NCBI RefSeq assembly: GCF_009914755.1
Contig: NC_060941.1
DNA: 64,000 nucleotides
Reading direction: 5' to 3' (one strand)
DNA from: the human T2T-CHM13v2.0 reference genome, Homo sapiens
Within the stretch, counting starts at the first letter, position 1, and each line of letters starts with the position of its first letter. The notes beneath the pieces were generated by a model. It saw only the letters and a program-made list of their open reading frames with translations. It did not search any database and was not told where the DNA came from. Positions 30,225 through 46,168 of this stretch are shown here, in pieces. Both the position numbers and the translations under genes were made by a program.

Positions 30225-32169
30225 CAAAAAAGCACGTTTTTTGAATCAATGTCCTAGACTGACATTCTTGCTCCACCATCTAACCAGCTTGTCACCTTGG
30301 GCAAGTTACTACTTTGCTCTGAGCCTCGGTTTCCTCTTCTGTAAAATGAGGCTATCACACCTCCATTAGAGGGCTGCTCTAGGACTGGAGAGGATATATA
30401 CATAAGGGGCAGAAAACAGTACCTGGCTGAGTTGGAACTCAACACTGCTCTCTTTTCTATACTAGTCTTCTGCCTTGGGACAGAATCAAAGAATAAGCAT
30501 TCCCTGTGACCTCAGCAATTCCCAAGGAGACCTTCAGGAGATAAGGATCAGACAGAAGAAAGCAGACCCTGAGGGATATTCAGGCAAAGAAAATGAACTA
30601 GAAACACCTAGAGAACAAGAGACAGTGTGTGTTTAATGAACTTCCTAACTCTGAATGAATGAATTGACAAATGGAAAAAAAGAAAGAACAGGCACTTTCC
30701 ATCAAAAGATACCAGTCAACAGACGTGAGGATTAATATAATTTTATATTGAACCTGACACAGAAAACTGGTCTTTGAAGATTCACTTTGATACTGAAAGT
30801 AATCTACAGTGAGGAGAATTTCCCCATTGCTCTGTTCTCATATTAAGTAATAAACTGTGCAGTTCTCCCCTCTCTTTCCTCAAGGGATTCAGAAAACCTT
30901 CCAGAAAACAGAAGCATTTGACTTGAAGGAAAGGCAACTAATATGGCATATAGAAACAAACTCTTCATCCTTTAAAAACAAAAAAACCCTCCATCATTTC
31001 TATAATGTCTAGCAGTTTCTGGCATACAGCAAAATTATTATTATTTTAATAAATAATTTCTTTTTTAACTCCAGGCAACTGCTTTTTGTCCAAAACATGC
31101 TACGTATTTATTCTATCGAAAAGCCTAATCTTTCCTGCTTCTTCTCCAGAAGCATTCTAACATAACCTCTAATAATGAACATTATGTTTGGTATATGCTG
31201 TGTCTAATCTTCTCTCACGATGACATAACTTGCTCTTCAGACCTCCAACAATCAGCCCAAACCAAACTCCTGAATTTTTCCTCCCTCCTCGTCTGTCCCA
31301 GCCCCTCGGTTGCTTGTCAGTAGACTCAATTACCACCATCTTCTGATCTGAATCAATTTGTTAATCTCCTTCCTCTCAGGCACAGTGCCTTTTACTGGAG
31401 ATAAACATGCAAGCAAGTTCAGTTCACCCAGAGCCCTCCACATCCTCTCCCTCCAAGCCTTCACACTCCCAAAGGGGCCCAGAAAAAAAAGAAAGAAATG
31501 ATATGGCAAAATCCCACTCTATCCACATCACCTCAGGGGGCTTGTTTACCATAACTTTAGACCAACTACCATTTTTGGGGAGAATCTGAAAGAATATTGT
31601 TTATGGGCTAGGTAAGAGCTAACAGAAATGGCAGTTTCATTCTTCCAATATGAGACAAGCGTCTCTGTGTGACCCAGCCCTAAAACTCACAAACCTAGAC
31701 TCCTCAAACTCCCCATACTCCAGAGTTCAAGGATAACCTGCCCTCCATTTTTCCTTATTGTTTTCCATATAAAAGTCACTCGTTGTTTCCCCTCCAGCTT
31801 ACACCTGGCTCCTGAAATGACTCCTCTGAATCCTCTGAGAATCCTCAAAACATGTAAAAGCCTCATTCCTTTTAATGCATGTGCAGAGCGGTGATGGTGT
31901 GAAGACGCTGGCACTTCAAACGTGAACGTGGCACGAGCCCTGCCCTCAAGGAGCCCACAATTTTCCCTCAACTCTAAAAAAGGATGTCCTCCCTGGACAG
32001 TGTCTGTAAAACACAGTGACAAAGTACTTCATAGCTCTGGAGAAAGAGCGAGGGTGGAAACAGACTTTGCCCTTACATTTGACGCCCAGTAACCATAACA
32101 ACCGATGGTTTAAGTAACTATCAACCCACTGAGGGGCTAAGTTTTCCAAAAATCGTTTTCAAAAGGGGA

Positions 32170-33290
32170 AGACTCCCCTGCACCAACTCCCATGGCAGCC
32201 GTACGCTCTAGGCAGCGTGTGGTGCAATGTGGCCAGCCGTTCCCCGCCTTCTCCGGTTCCACCGTATGGTTTCCGTGCTCAGCAGCCAGCAGCGACGGCG
32301 TCCACGGCCACACCGCCTCCCCGCAAGGCACCTGGCGCTAGGCCTCAGCCCAATGTCACTTGTTAACCTTCCGATCCCCCGGATTTCGGCACGCCGCCGC
32401 CTCCCTGCTAAAGCACACAAACCACCCCACCGCCACCCGCGTTCTCCAGGAGTTGGAGAAAAACCACCGGGGCGCATACAACCTCTGACAGATTCGAGTA
32501 AAAGTAACTGCGGTTCTCGACTTTCAAGCATTTCGCGTCGCCGGTGAGGGGGGCGGCAGGAACCCGGGGCCCCATTCATAAAATTGCAAGCCGTTTTCCT
32601 CTAGTTTGCGCGTGACGGTGCCTCCCTGCCCGGGGCCGGGGACCGCAGGCTGAGGGGACGGGGCCGGCAGCTCCTCCCGCCGGAGTCGAGCCCGAGCCAT
32701 CCGGCGGGGCCCCGAAGGAAGGGATTGCCCGGGGGTGTCGCGGGTGGGCGTCCCCTTCAATACCTGAACCATGACAGCGGGGTGGGGGGCCGAGCCCCGC
32801 CACGCCAAGGGCCGCCGGACCCGACCGGTACTCTGAAGCCCGCGGGGTCGATCCGCGCCCAGCCCGGGCCTTATCCGCGGGGCGCTCCCTCCACCGCCCC
32901 CGCCTGGCCCTGAGACTGCTCACCCAAGATCCGCTGGCTGCCTCATTGTACTATGCCGGCGCCCGTGCTCCCGGCCGCGCGACTCCGGCTTCGGCTGGGG
33001 CACCGGCCGCGGTCCTGCTGCCCTGCCGCCCGCCCGCCCCCGGGCACACGCCGCCCCGCCCCGCCGGCGGACCCGCCCCGCGCCCGCGGCCGCCGCCGCC
33101 AACCAGAGGGCGCGGGGGCGGAGCAAACGGCACGCCAGGCCCAACCAATCCAGTTCTACCGCGCGCCGAGGTGAGGCCGCGGAAATGGGGGAGCGATTTG
33201 TCAGGTCTGTTAAAGGGGCCACCGCCCTTGGAGCTAGGGAGAGGAGTGGTGGGGAGGGTTACCTGGAAGAGCCCCAGGTGAGGGGGACAA
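32170..33290. promoter_or_regulatory. CpG island promoter of a minus-strand gene
   Basis: Very high GC and CpG density; tandem GC boxes (ccgccccgccccgcc ~33051-33065); CCAAT at 33145-33149; no TATA box seen. Confidence 0.9.
32924..33100 (-). other. Probable first exon (5' end approximate) carrying an upstream ATG
   Basis: Minus strand ...GCATAGTACAATGAGGCAGCCAGCGGATCTTGG|gtgagc; donor just downstream of the GC/CCAAT boxes. Confidence 0.65.
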
Positions 33291-33613
33291 AAGCTTCACT
33301 CTCCCAACGGGGCTGCACACTGTCCCCAGCTCTTTGCACTTCTTAATTTCCTCTTCCTGCAGTCTAGCAGCAACAAGTGCCCTTGAGACGAGGGCTGGGG
33401 GTTGAGGTGGGGTGACTGAGGCGCGGAGAACCAGGGGTATCCCCCTGGGCAAATTCACTCGATTTGCATTTTAGAGGGCCATCAGACGTATCTATCCCCA
33501 TCCAACTGCAGACATTGATTTAAAAAGGCAAATTCCCAGTTTCCCGCATTATGTACTTCCCCCACCTGACTACCACACTACCACATCCTATCCTGAACTA
33601 ACTCTGTTACTAG

Positions 33614-33903
<290 letters not shown>

Positions 33904-34199
33904 ACGAGTTCTTAGAGCTTAGAACTTATATAGTATTAACTACTCATTTTTAGAGAGGCAATATCTGAGGCTCAGAGAGGTAAAGTGACTTCTCGAGGTA
34001 AATTCTCACTTAGAATGAGCTTCCTGGGATGGCAATGCCCATTGTGCATTTATCTTCTGCGAACCTGGGTTGGCTGGCAGAAGCACTGGCACATAGGGAG
34101 AGTTCCCCCTTCCCCCGTAGTCCTTGCCCCTCTGCACTTCCCACCCACCACAAGAAAGGACCAAGACAACAAACAGATGTGTCAGTGTGTCTCCTGCAT

Positions 34200-34375
34200 T
34201 AGTGGGTCCCAAATGTCAGATCTTCAACGTCAGATCATCCTGGAGGGTTTTAACATGAAGATCTCTAAGTCCCACCCCAGAACCTGTAATTCAGTAAGTC
34301 TGAGATGGCCTTCGACACCCCTCCCTCCAGGTGATTCTAATGCAAGTGGTACAAGGACCACACTCAGGTGCGTGT
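34200..34375. mobile_element. MER5A-like hAT-Charlie element
   Basis: cccaccccagaacc...aattcagtaagtctg...ccaggtgattctaatgca...ggaccacact. Confidence 0.65.
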
Positions 34376-35487
34376 TTTGAGTCTATCATAGTCATGAAAT
34401 TCAAATTCAATTGGCAAAATGAAAGCCAAACTCCTTTCATCCTCAGAATTAGTAATATGGTTGGGAGACTTGCTAGTAAGGGAGGAGGTCACCTACTAAG
34501 ACACTCATAACAGAATAAGTCATGCCAAGAACTGAGTGTAGAAGGGCACTGGACCCAGATGAAACAACATCTGAAAGATTGAAATCCTCAAGCAGGAAGA
34601 AGATTTGATGCCTCAAGCAGAGGGAAGCCAGGCTAGTTCTCTGACCCGTGAGACAGTGCATAAATATCTTAATGGCAGACACACTCCGGCTCACCACCAG
34701 GCCCAGTCATGATCCCAGAAGAATGCCCTGCTACTCTGGTGCCTCATTCCAATGCCAGCAAGCCCTGCCTACCCTCCTGGCAACATTCCTCTCCCCTTCC
34801 TAGTATCCCAGACACCTGCCTGACCCAGAAGTCATTGTCCTCAGACTTGGAGGTCAGCCCTCGCCCACTAGATCTTGCAGGTCAGCTGCCTCCCACACAG
34901 ATCTCAGGCTCTTGGAATGGCCTCCACACAATAACCCTGTTTGTGCTGTGATTTCTGACGGATGTTGTGTTGCCAGGGACAACTCTGCACAAGGATTGAT
35001 CAGCCTCATGAGAATGCAGTCTCTGGGCTGCAGGCATTACTGCCTGGGATCACCACTTGCTTCTGTTGCCCTTCCCAAAGGAAAAAGAATTCATGTCCCA
35101 ACAGAAGAGGTTTCCAGTTGTGGTTTTCTGGAAATGTGCAACAAAGGCAGTTACCAATGGAGACACAGCCTGAAGCTCTCCTTGGCCACATCTTCAGCCC
35201 CCTGCCTCAGGGAGAGAGAGAGAGAAAGGGTAGGGGCCCTGGAGCTGCCCCTTGCAAAGGTCCTTGGAAGCTGGCAATGTGCCTCTCAGAGTGCCCACCA
35301 ACCTCCTTTCCCTACCAAGCTCCACGTAAGCATTAAATTAATTAATACACTACCAACCAGATCTCAAACTAGAAGCCAGTAAGATCCAGCATGAACACTT
35401 AGAAGGATCCCTTCTTTTTGAAATCTGAGGAATTTGGATGCATTGAAAAATAAATGAACATATCATAACACAATAATGTTTCCTACC

Positions 35488-35862
35488 TTTTTTTTTTTTT
35501 TTTTTTTTTGAGATGGAGTCAGCCTCTGTCATGTTGCCCAGGCGGGAGTGCAGTGGCGTGACCTTGGCTCACTGCAACCCCCGCTCAGGAGGAGAGCCCA
35601 AGAGTTTGAGACCATGTTGTCCAGGCTGGTCTCAAACTCCTGGTTTCAAGCAATTCTCCTGCCTCAGCCTCCCTGAGTAGCTGGGACTACAGGCACGCGC
35701 CACCACACCTGGCTAATTTTTTTTATTTTTATTTTTAGTAGATACAAGGTTTCACCATGTTGGCCAGGCTGGTCTTGAACTCTTGAGCTCAGGTGATCTG
35801 CCCACCTCAGCCTCGGCCTCCCAAAGTCCTGGGATTACAGGTGTGAGCCACTGCGCCTGGCC
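35488..35862 (-). mobile_element. Alu with internal rearranged insert, within a MIR (MIR to ~36070)
   Basis: Antisense dimer, TSD tgtttcctacct, extra Alu-derived segment at ~35586-35640. Confidence 0.93.
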
Positions 35863-36083
35863 TGTTTCCTACCTATTAAGAGGTTACTATGTGCCAGGTA
35901 CTATGCCAAGTCCCTGGAACATAGCAGTTCACTGAAACCTTACAGTAACTCTTTAGGGTAGATATGACCATTATTTTCTCCTTTTTATGGATGCAGAAAC
36001 TGAAGTTCACAGATTAGTGATGTGTCCAGGATAGCAGGGCTAGTTGAAGGAAGAGCCAGCATTCATGACCGTAACCACCAGGC

Positions 36084-36206
36084 TTTTTTGAGATGGGGTC
36101 TTGCCATGTTGCCAGGGCTGGTCTCAAACTCCTGGGTGCAAGCGATCCTCTTGCCTCAACCTCTCCCAAACTGCTGAGATTACAGGCGTGAGCCACTGTG
36201 CCTGGC
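36084..36206 (-). mobile_element. FLAM / Alu monomer
   Basis: Antisense left monomer. Confidence 0.88.
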
Positions 36207-36614
36207 TCAAATCATGCTTAAAAGAGTGATTTTAGAGCTTGGCATCTGTGACTCATTGTAGTACCTCTGAAAAAGGTTAGGGATTGTGAGGCTAAATTCA
36301 GATATCAAGCAAGATTCCTTACTTTGTCCCCCAGATAGCTACTCTATATGTATAGCATGTACCAAGTGATCTAAATTTTTTCACCTAGAGTAGGATCTTA
36401 AGTCACAGAAATGCAAGCCCAAGCTAATACTCTCCCCTCTTTCTCTACCCCCAACCCCTCAACCCTCATGCCAGGCTCTCTTGAAACCCAGGTTTCAACT
36501 ATCAGGTTAAGCCCACATAGGTTCTGATATACTTGAAAGATTCCCAATTATTGCATTTCAAGATAATCCCTATTTTCTCACCAATTTCTAAACAAACCAA
36601 AAAATGCTCTAAGA

Positions 36615-36913
36615 TTTTATTTTTTGTTTTGAAACAGGGTCTTTCTCCGTCACCCAGGCTAGAGTGCACTGGCACACTCATGGCTCACTGCAGCCTTGAC
36701 CTCCTGGGTTCCAGTGATCCTCCCACCTCAGCCTCCTGAGTAGCTGGGACTACAGGCATGCGCCACCATGCCTGGCTAATTTCTTTCTACTTTTTGTAGA
36801 GATGAGGTCTTGCTGTGTTGTCCCAGGCTGGTCATGAACCCTTGGGCTCAAATGATCCTCCTGCCTCGGTATCCCAAAGTGCTGGGATTAGGCATGAGCC
36901 AGTATGCCCAGCC
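36615..36913 (-). mobile_element. Alu (AluJ-like)
   Basis: Antisense dimer, TSD taagatttt. Confidence 0.95.
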
Positions 36914-37039
36914 TAAGATTTTTAATTCTGTTTTTGACATTGCATTCTTGGAGACAGAAATGGTTAAGAAGTACAGAAAACCAAAAAGTTGATCCACTTG
37001 TATATCTAACAAAGATTAGGGATCATCATGCCACAAGCC

Positions 37040-37500
37040 ACACCATTAATGAGCAATCACTGTGCACTCAGTACCAGGTGGCGGGCTGAGTACTGGGGAT
37101 AGAGATGAAGGCACTTGTAGATGCTAGATCTAGTAGAGAAACTGACACGTTGATAGACCATTATAGGCTTCCTTAGAGGGAAGCCCAGGAGCCGTGGGGA
37201 CACAGAATAGGCACTTAGAACCCTTGGGGAACCCAATAATGTTTTTAGGGGTGGCCAGATGAAGTTCATTATGAAGAGAAGCCAGAAAGTTTACAAAAAC
37301 CCAAGTAAGAGTCACCAAACCCAAGGGAGAAGAGATTGAAAGAGAGAGCAGTCAACAGCAACAGATGCCGCAGAATGGTCAAATTAGAAGAGGCCTGAAA
37401 GTATGCTCTGGGATTTCGAAATTAGAAGATTAGGGTCATTGACACATGCAGCATAGATGTGGCTGGAAATGTAGAGGCTCCCTAGAGCTGGGCTGAGGAG
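37040..37500 (-). mobile_element. L2 fragment
   Basis: gtactggggatagagatgaag...ggtcaaattagaagaggcctgaaa...ggtcattgac. Confidence 0.5.
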
Positions 37501-37524
37501 AAGAGCTAAGAAAAAAGAAGAATC

Positions 37525-38313
<789 letters not shown>

Positions 38314-39499
38314 TCATTGGTGAACCATTCCGAGTGATGACAAGGTCAGGTGCAGCCACAGAACTGGAGTTTCTAAAGATGCTCAACTCCTGGGTTTTCT
38401 CTTCCCCTGGATCCTTTATGGGAAATAATCAGTCTGAGGACTGGGCAAGCCTCCAACACTTTCTTTTCACTCTGCACCAGCACTGGGACGGCTCTCCAAG
38501 ATGGGGGGCAGGGGGAGAGCCTCATTCGTGACTGGTTTTCCTTCTAAAATGAAAACCTGTTTATAATCAGGACTCCCACCACCTTCGAGATACAAGCATT
38601 TGTGGGAAGGGCTCCTTGAGGGACATCATCAGGGGCTTTAGAGATGCCTCAAGTGGTGGATGCACTCACGAGAATAATTCCCTGCCATAATGGGGCAGCA
38701 GACAGTGGTGATGCCCATTATTTACTTTGCCAATTAGCATGTGAGGCCTGAGGTTATTAAATATAAATGGCTCAAGCTCTGTCATTCCAAGGCCCGCTGG
38801 GGAATGGTGGCTTCTAACTGATGTGGAGCAGCACCAGGGTGGAATTTCTAAGGAGAAAGACTGACATTCTCCTCCCTTTCTGCCCTGATTCTGCACCTTG
38901 CCTCTCAGGGCCTTCCCAACACTCTGCACAGAGAAGGAATATGCCTTTCAGCAGATACTGCCTTGCTCTCTTGATGACCTTGACATTGCCTGCCATCTTT
39001 GTTGCCTTCCAACCACAAGGTCCCCTGCTCGTGACTACCATCCTCCTGCCTCCACTCCAGCACGGGAAATCCAATCTTGAGCTTGCCTGGAATCACCCCC
39101 GAACACGATTCTAACTCCAGGGACAGAAGGTCAACAGCACAGCCAATGGATGACAGCCCCAGCCCTGCAGCTGGGGCACCTCTCAGCCCCACCAGAACAC
39201 ACCATCCCTTAAATAGCAGAAGTGGAAGGGCTCAACTGGCCATTTAACGACATATACATCCACCCAAACACAGGGGAAGGTTGGGTGTTTCTTGGTTCGT
39301 AACCTTGAAAAGGTCATTTATACACCCAGATATAGAGTACCTAGGAATAAGCGGGAGATGCTGGCTCCCTCCCAGGTTGTTCAACAGAATTGTGAGTGGA
39401 AATGTTGGAATTGCTAGCTTTCATCATTTCCATATGGTTACTTAGCACCCATTTTCTGATTTAGAAGCAAAGATATTTGGGTGAGAGTTTAGGCAAGGA

Positions 39500-40030
39500 A
39501 AATGTTTGGATCTGTGAGAGTTGCCCAGAAAACAGAGCTTGAGACAAAAGCTTGTGTGTGAATACACTACTGGGGGGTGTGAGCCCAGGGAGCATAATTG
39601 AGGCTCCGGGAACTGACGCAGGGAGGGAGGCAGAAGCACTTGAGTGCGTGTCACTGGGGTGGCCACATTCCTGGCTGCTTGATTTGGAGGGAACTGTCTG
39701 AGGACTGTAAGAAGTGTCTCAGGACCTGCCCCTGGGGTAAAGGGGAGGGCACTTACCCACTGGCCCCTTCCCCATAGGTAAAAGGCTCTGCACACCTGCC
39801 TGAGCCGAGCTTCCAGAATGCACTGGCTTGGCACTGAATGGGTTCCAGTGCTTTCTAAGCTGCAGTGTCAGAAGAGATGCCCTGGGCTGGGTTTGAGAGA
39901 TGGCAGCTGCAGGCCTGAGGCAAGATACTGTCAGTTTACACCTGCCAGAGCTGCTGGGAACATTCACAGTTCTCACTGCCACAGCAGTGGCTGGAAGGAT
40001 CTCAGAGGGTGTTTAAGAGGTGTGTGGTAC
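39500..40030 (-). mobile_element. Old ERVL LTR (LTR16-like)
   Basis: ttgcccagaaaacagagcttgagacaaaag...gtgagcccagggagc...ggatctcagaggg...ggtaca. Confidence 0.55.
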
Positions 40031-40139
40031 AGACTATTTTCAAAAAGAGGGATAAATTTGGAGCCAAAAAAGATATCTTAAGTTAGGATGGAGGGATATA
40101 AGATATCAAATGTCTTTTAATGTTACAGTATTCTTTTAG

Positions 40140-40380
40140 GGAGGCAGCATTAGGCTAGTGGCTTTGAGGTCTTTTCAACCTGGGCTCAGATTTCGACCTG
40201 GGTTCAGGGTCCACTTCTATTGTTTCTGAGTTGTGTGACCTTGGAGAAGCTATTGAACTCCCCTGAGCCCCTCATCTAGAAATTGCCGATGTCCACATCC
40301 TACAGTTTTGTAAAGATTGTGTATGTAAATTGCTTAGTATAGCATCTTTACATAATAGTTGCCCAATTAATGGAAGCTGA
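40140..40380 (+). mobile_element. MIR SINE
   Basis: gaggcagcat...gtgtgaccttggagaagctattgaactcccctgagcc. Confidence 0.75.
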
Positions 40381-41042
40381 TGTTTTTTACTATAGAGAAA
40401 ATTACTGATCATGGAATGTAAGGCATGCAGGAAGACAATGGGGTGATGTGCTAAAGCCTCAAAAATCAAAAATAGAAGTGAAAGAAGATATCATATGGTT
40501 GCAGGAAACCAAAAAGATTTCTAAATGTTCCGAACAACCAAGCAGCTTCTGTCTACAATGACTACGTATCCTGGCATTTCCAAGACAGCATCCATTTGAA
40601 ATATTCTCTCTGGTTGTCCCAGTACATAAATTCATATTTGAGAGGCAGTCACCTCGATCTTGAACCAGAAAACAGCATCATAGGTCTACCCCACCCAGGA
40701 GGGAAAACATCGGCTCCTAGTTTCCTTTGCTCCACCCACTCCTGGAGTGTCAAAAACATAACCCTTCTTTTCTGAGATTCTTCCTCCAACACCTCGCCTG
40801 AAGGGGCAGTTTTGTTTTCAGAAGTGAGTTAACTAACAGTCACAGGCCTTTCAGAAGAACCGGAAACTTGCAGTGCAATGGATACCCCACAGCAGAGGAG
40901 GAACCAAAATCCACAGGTGGAGAACCCCCCACCTTTAACCTCTGCCCCATCCCCGCACCCTCTCCTGCTGAGCCTGTGGGATCCACCGCAGCAAGAAATG
41001 GTTTGGGTTTTTCTGTTATGAACATGATAGAAGCTCATTTAG

Positions 41043-41307
<265 letters not shown>

Positions 41308-41377
41308 TAGACTGGGAGCTCTGTGAACAGTGAGCCCCTTCTGACTGGTCCTCTGTTACATCCTGACAGTTGAGCTC

Positions 41378-42412
41378 TGATAGGTTAAAGATGGCCACTT
41401 AGTCGTGACTGTTCCCTCATCCACAGCTATAGCTTATTTCTCCATCCCTTGGAATCTTGGGCTGGCCTTGTGAGGTAGCCAACTTCCAGAATGACCCCCA
41501 TGATTCTCACTTCCTGGTCATTCATGCTTTTTCATAATCTCTCCTTCCACCATGAGTCAGGGGTCACAATAGATACAGTATGGTGGAAATGGCAATGTAT
41601 GACTTCTCAGGCTAGCTTATGAAGGGCATTTGGGTTGCTGCCTTGGTCTCCTGGATTACTTGCTTGGGGAATAGTACCCATCAGGTTGTGAAGATACTCA
41701 GGCAGCCTGTGGAGAGGCTGATGTGCAGAAAAACTGAGACTACCCACCAACAACAAGCACCAATTTGTCAATTATATGAGTAAGCCACCTTGGAAATGGA
41801 TCCTCCAGCCCCAGTCAAGCCTTCAGATGAGTGCAACCTTGGCCAACATTTTCACTGCAATCTCACGGACACTCCCAACCTGAACTGCCCAGAAAAACTG
41901 CTCCATAATTCCTCACCCACAGAAACTGTGAGAGATAAATGTTTATCATCATTTTAAACCACTACATTTTGGGATTATTATGCAACTATGAATAAAACAC
42001 CCCATGACTGGCTTTGTCCAATAGAATGCAGCAGCTGTGATATTCTGGAACTTCTAAACTCAGGCCTTAGGAGAACTGAAGCTTTCACTTCTTGACTTTA
42101 GGAATCCAGGCACCATGCTGTAAGAAGCCCAGGCCACATGGAGAAACCACAGAAGAGAACTGAGGCACTCCAGGTGAAAGCCCCACTGAACCTCATAGCC
42201 AACAGTCAGCATTGATTGCCATATCTGTGCATGGACCATCTTGGAGGTTCCAGCCGTGTCATGTCCTAGACACCTGCAGCCTTAGCTATCACCACAGAGA
42301 GCAAAACACACAGTTGAGCTCAGTCAACCCACAGAAATGTGACATAATAAAATGGCAGTTGTTTTCAGCCCCAGTTTTGGGGTGATGTTTTGTACTGCAA
42401 TATTTAACCATA
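41378..42412 (+). mobile_element. Nested MLT1 (MaLR) solo LTRs: MLT1F-like (41471-41999) inside an older MLT1
   Basis: Two MLT1 5' ends (aagatggccac; ggtagccaacttccagaatgacccc) and two 3' ends (ttttaaaccactacattttggg; aataaaatggcagttgttttcagcc). Confidence 0.75.
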
Positions 42413-42461
42413 AGCTGGCTCAGCTTCTGGCATCTAATTGACTCTTGAAAAATACCTGGTG

Positions 42462-42974
<513 letters not shown>

Positions 42975-43304
42975 CTAGTTCCTCCTCCCTTCTTTCTGAG
43001 GCACTCACACACCCCAGGTACCCGCTTCCTCCTGAAGCTCTCCTGGCGTTTTGATCATGGGGCTGTGAGGTTTGGCAGGAGGAGAGCAGTACAGGCCCTC
43101 TGCCTTTTGGGTTACACCTCCTCAGTTCAGCCAGAGGATGCTAGAAATGTTCCCAAAAGGGCCCTGTGACACACAGGTGACAAGAGGAACAAACGCAGAC
43201 TGTCTGCCATCTACCCTTCCTCAAGGCCAAGTCCTGGAGTTGTCTTTTTGCTAGAACATGACTGGCCTCTTTCACAGTGTCCAGAGCCCAGGCTACATTT
43301 CTTA

Positions 43305-43754
<450 letters not shown>

Positions 43755-43796
43755 TCATTCCCATTAAAACAATAAATAAGTAAAAAGGAAACTGAG

Positions 43797-44108
43797 GGTC
43801 CAGGAGCGGTGGCTCACGACTGTAATCCCAGCACTTTGGGAGGCCGAGGCAGACATATCACGAGGTCTGGAGTTCAAGACCAGCCTGACCAACATGGTGA
43901 AACCCATCTCTACTAAAAATACAAAAATTAGCCGGCTGTGGTGGTGCGTGCCTCCAATCCCAGCTACTCCGGAGACTGAAAAAGAAGAATCACTTGAAAC
44001 TGGGAAGCAGCGGTTGCAGTGAGTTGAGATCATGCCACTGTGTACTCCAGCTTGGGCAACAGAACGAGACTCCATCTCAAAAAAAAAAAAAAAAGAAAGA
44101 AAGAAAGG
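43797..44108 (+). mobile_element. Alu (AluS) inserted in a MIR core
   Basis: Full dimer, TSD ggaaactgagg. Confidence 0.96.
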
Positions 44109-44689
44109 GAAACTGAGGCCTGAAGAAGCCAAGTCTCTGGCCTAAGGTCACAAAACAAACCCAGCTTACTGGCAGAATTGGAATTGCCTTCTTTCTATAT
44201 CCAATCGCCCACTCCACCCTCCTACACCCACCTGGCCTCCCATGTCACTCAGCCATCACGGTGTGACCCACTTAAATCATTATTCAGAAGACCAGTTGGC
44301 CCTTCCTGACTGTAAGTCACCCCCAAAGCATCACTGTCACCATTATAATTAGTAAGGCCTCATTAAACTAAGAAGGTACCTGTCCCAGACTTTAGGAAGC
44401 CACCTGGTTTCCGGAGGCTGGGAGGGACTATGACATAATTCATCTATCCAGCAGAAAATACTGATTGAATGCCTGCTGGGTTCTGGGGTGCCCTAAAAGG
44501 TGCTAGTGAACAAAACCCAGGCCCTGCTCACGAGGAGCTTGCAGTCTAGTGGGAAATTCGGAAGCCCTGCCTCTGCCTGTGTGCACATTATGATGGTGAA
44601 TGTCACATACCCTGGCCCAGCCCAAGGGATGTTTTCATATATTGCAGAGCAGAGGAGAAAACAGCAACCTTCCCCTTACACTCCAGACT

Positions 44690-45530
44690 TGCCCAACTGC
44701 CTGCTGGGTCTCGCCTGTTGGATGCTAATAATCATCTCAAATCATCCCACATCAAAATACATCAAACAGAACTAGCTCTTAGGCTCTGCCCACCCTCTCT
44801 TCATCAATGGCACCCACCTACCCACTCGTTCAAGTCAAGAACAATGAGTTGTCTCAGTTGCATCCTTGTCCTCAATTTCATCCTCTCCTGGTCACATCCA
44901 ATCCATGAGCAAGTGCTGGGTTGGGCATGTCCAAACTCTGCCCCAAATCCAACCCCACAGCCATCATCCTTTCTCACCTCATGCCTCTGCTGTTACTCAA
45001 CGATTCCACTTCAAAACGATCATCACAAATCTCAAATGGGCACTGGGCCCTGGCTGGCAAGCCTATATTACCTGGGTGAGTTCACTCTCCCACTCTCAGA
45101 CCTCTGTGACCACTCTTTCCACAGAAGGCCTAACCTCTCTAGCTTCCTGAGACTTTACTATTGCAACCATTTCCCCCTTTCTCCTGCATAATCAATTTCT
45201 TCTTGTCTACCAGATTATTCCAATTAACGTACAAACATGTTCTCCTATCTCCCTTCTGAAAAATTCCCTTCCTCTTGCCCATCACCCCTCTCACTGCTAC
45301 TCCATTCCCAGCTGTCCTTTACAGCAAAATTTTTCCAAAGAATTCTCTTCCTCTCCTATCATCCTCTTTCACCTGCTCCAAAGTGGCTTCTGATAAGTGG
45401 CTTCTGCCTCTACTGCTCCTCTAAAACTGCTCTTGTCACACCACTGATGATCTCCACTCTGCCAAATCCAGAGGTCACATGTGGGTCTCTGTCTTACTTG
45501 GCCCTTATACAGTTCTTTTCAAAACATCCA
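44690..45530 (+). mobile_element. L2 fragments
   Basis: ccaactgcctgctgg...catctcaaa...cacatccaatcc; ggcttctgcctctactgctcctctaaaactgctcttgtc. Confidence 0.65.
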
Positions 45531-45533
45531 TTA

Positions 45534-45875
<342 letters not shown>

Positions 45876-46168
45876 TTAATCTATCCAAGCCTGATTCACT
45901 TAGAATGAGCTCTTCTGTTCTCGCCAGGCCATGGTAGGATGGAGAGATGTCAAGTCTCAGCACTCAAGTCACACATTTGTGGTGGTCCAGCAGATCGGAC
46001 TTAAGAAAGGACGTCAATCCATCCACTGGTGCTGGAAAATGCGAGGGTGGAATGTTGGCCAGGGCAGGCCGTGAGATGTCCACTAGGATCACCAGACAAT
46101 GTCCCTGTGAACTTGTTCCCTTTATCTTTTACACAGGGCTGGAAATAGAAAATGTAAAACATTGATAC

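Noticed and set aside
32137-33458. Overlapping Arg/Pro/Gly/Ala-rich ORFs on both strands
   Set aside because: Expected from the scarcity of stop codons in a CpG island; no recognisable domain
34440-35350. Possible ancient LTR upstream of the promoter
   Set aside because: Could not match ends or family by eye
34912-35382. 156-aa ORF (likewise 44718-45191, 47110-47586 and 52167-52616)
   Set aside because: Non-ATG starts, no recognisable homology or splice context; one overlaps L2
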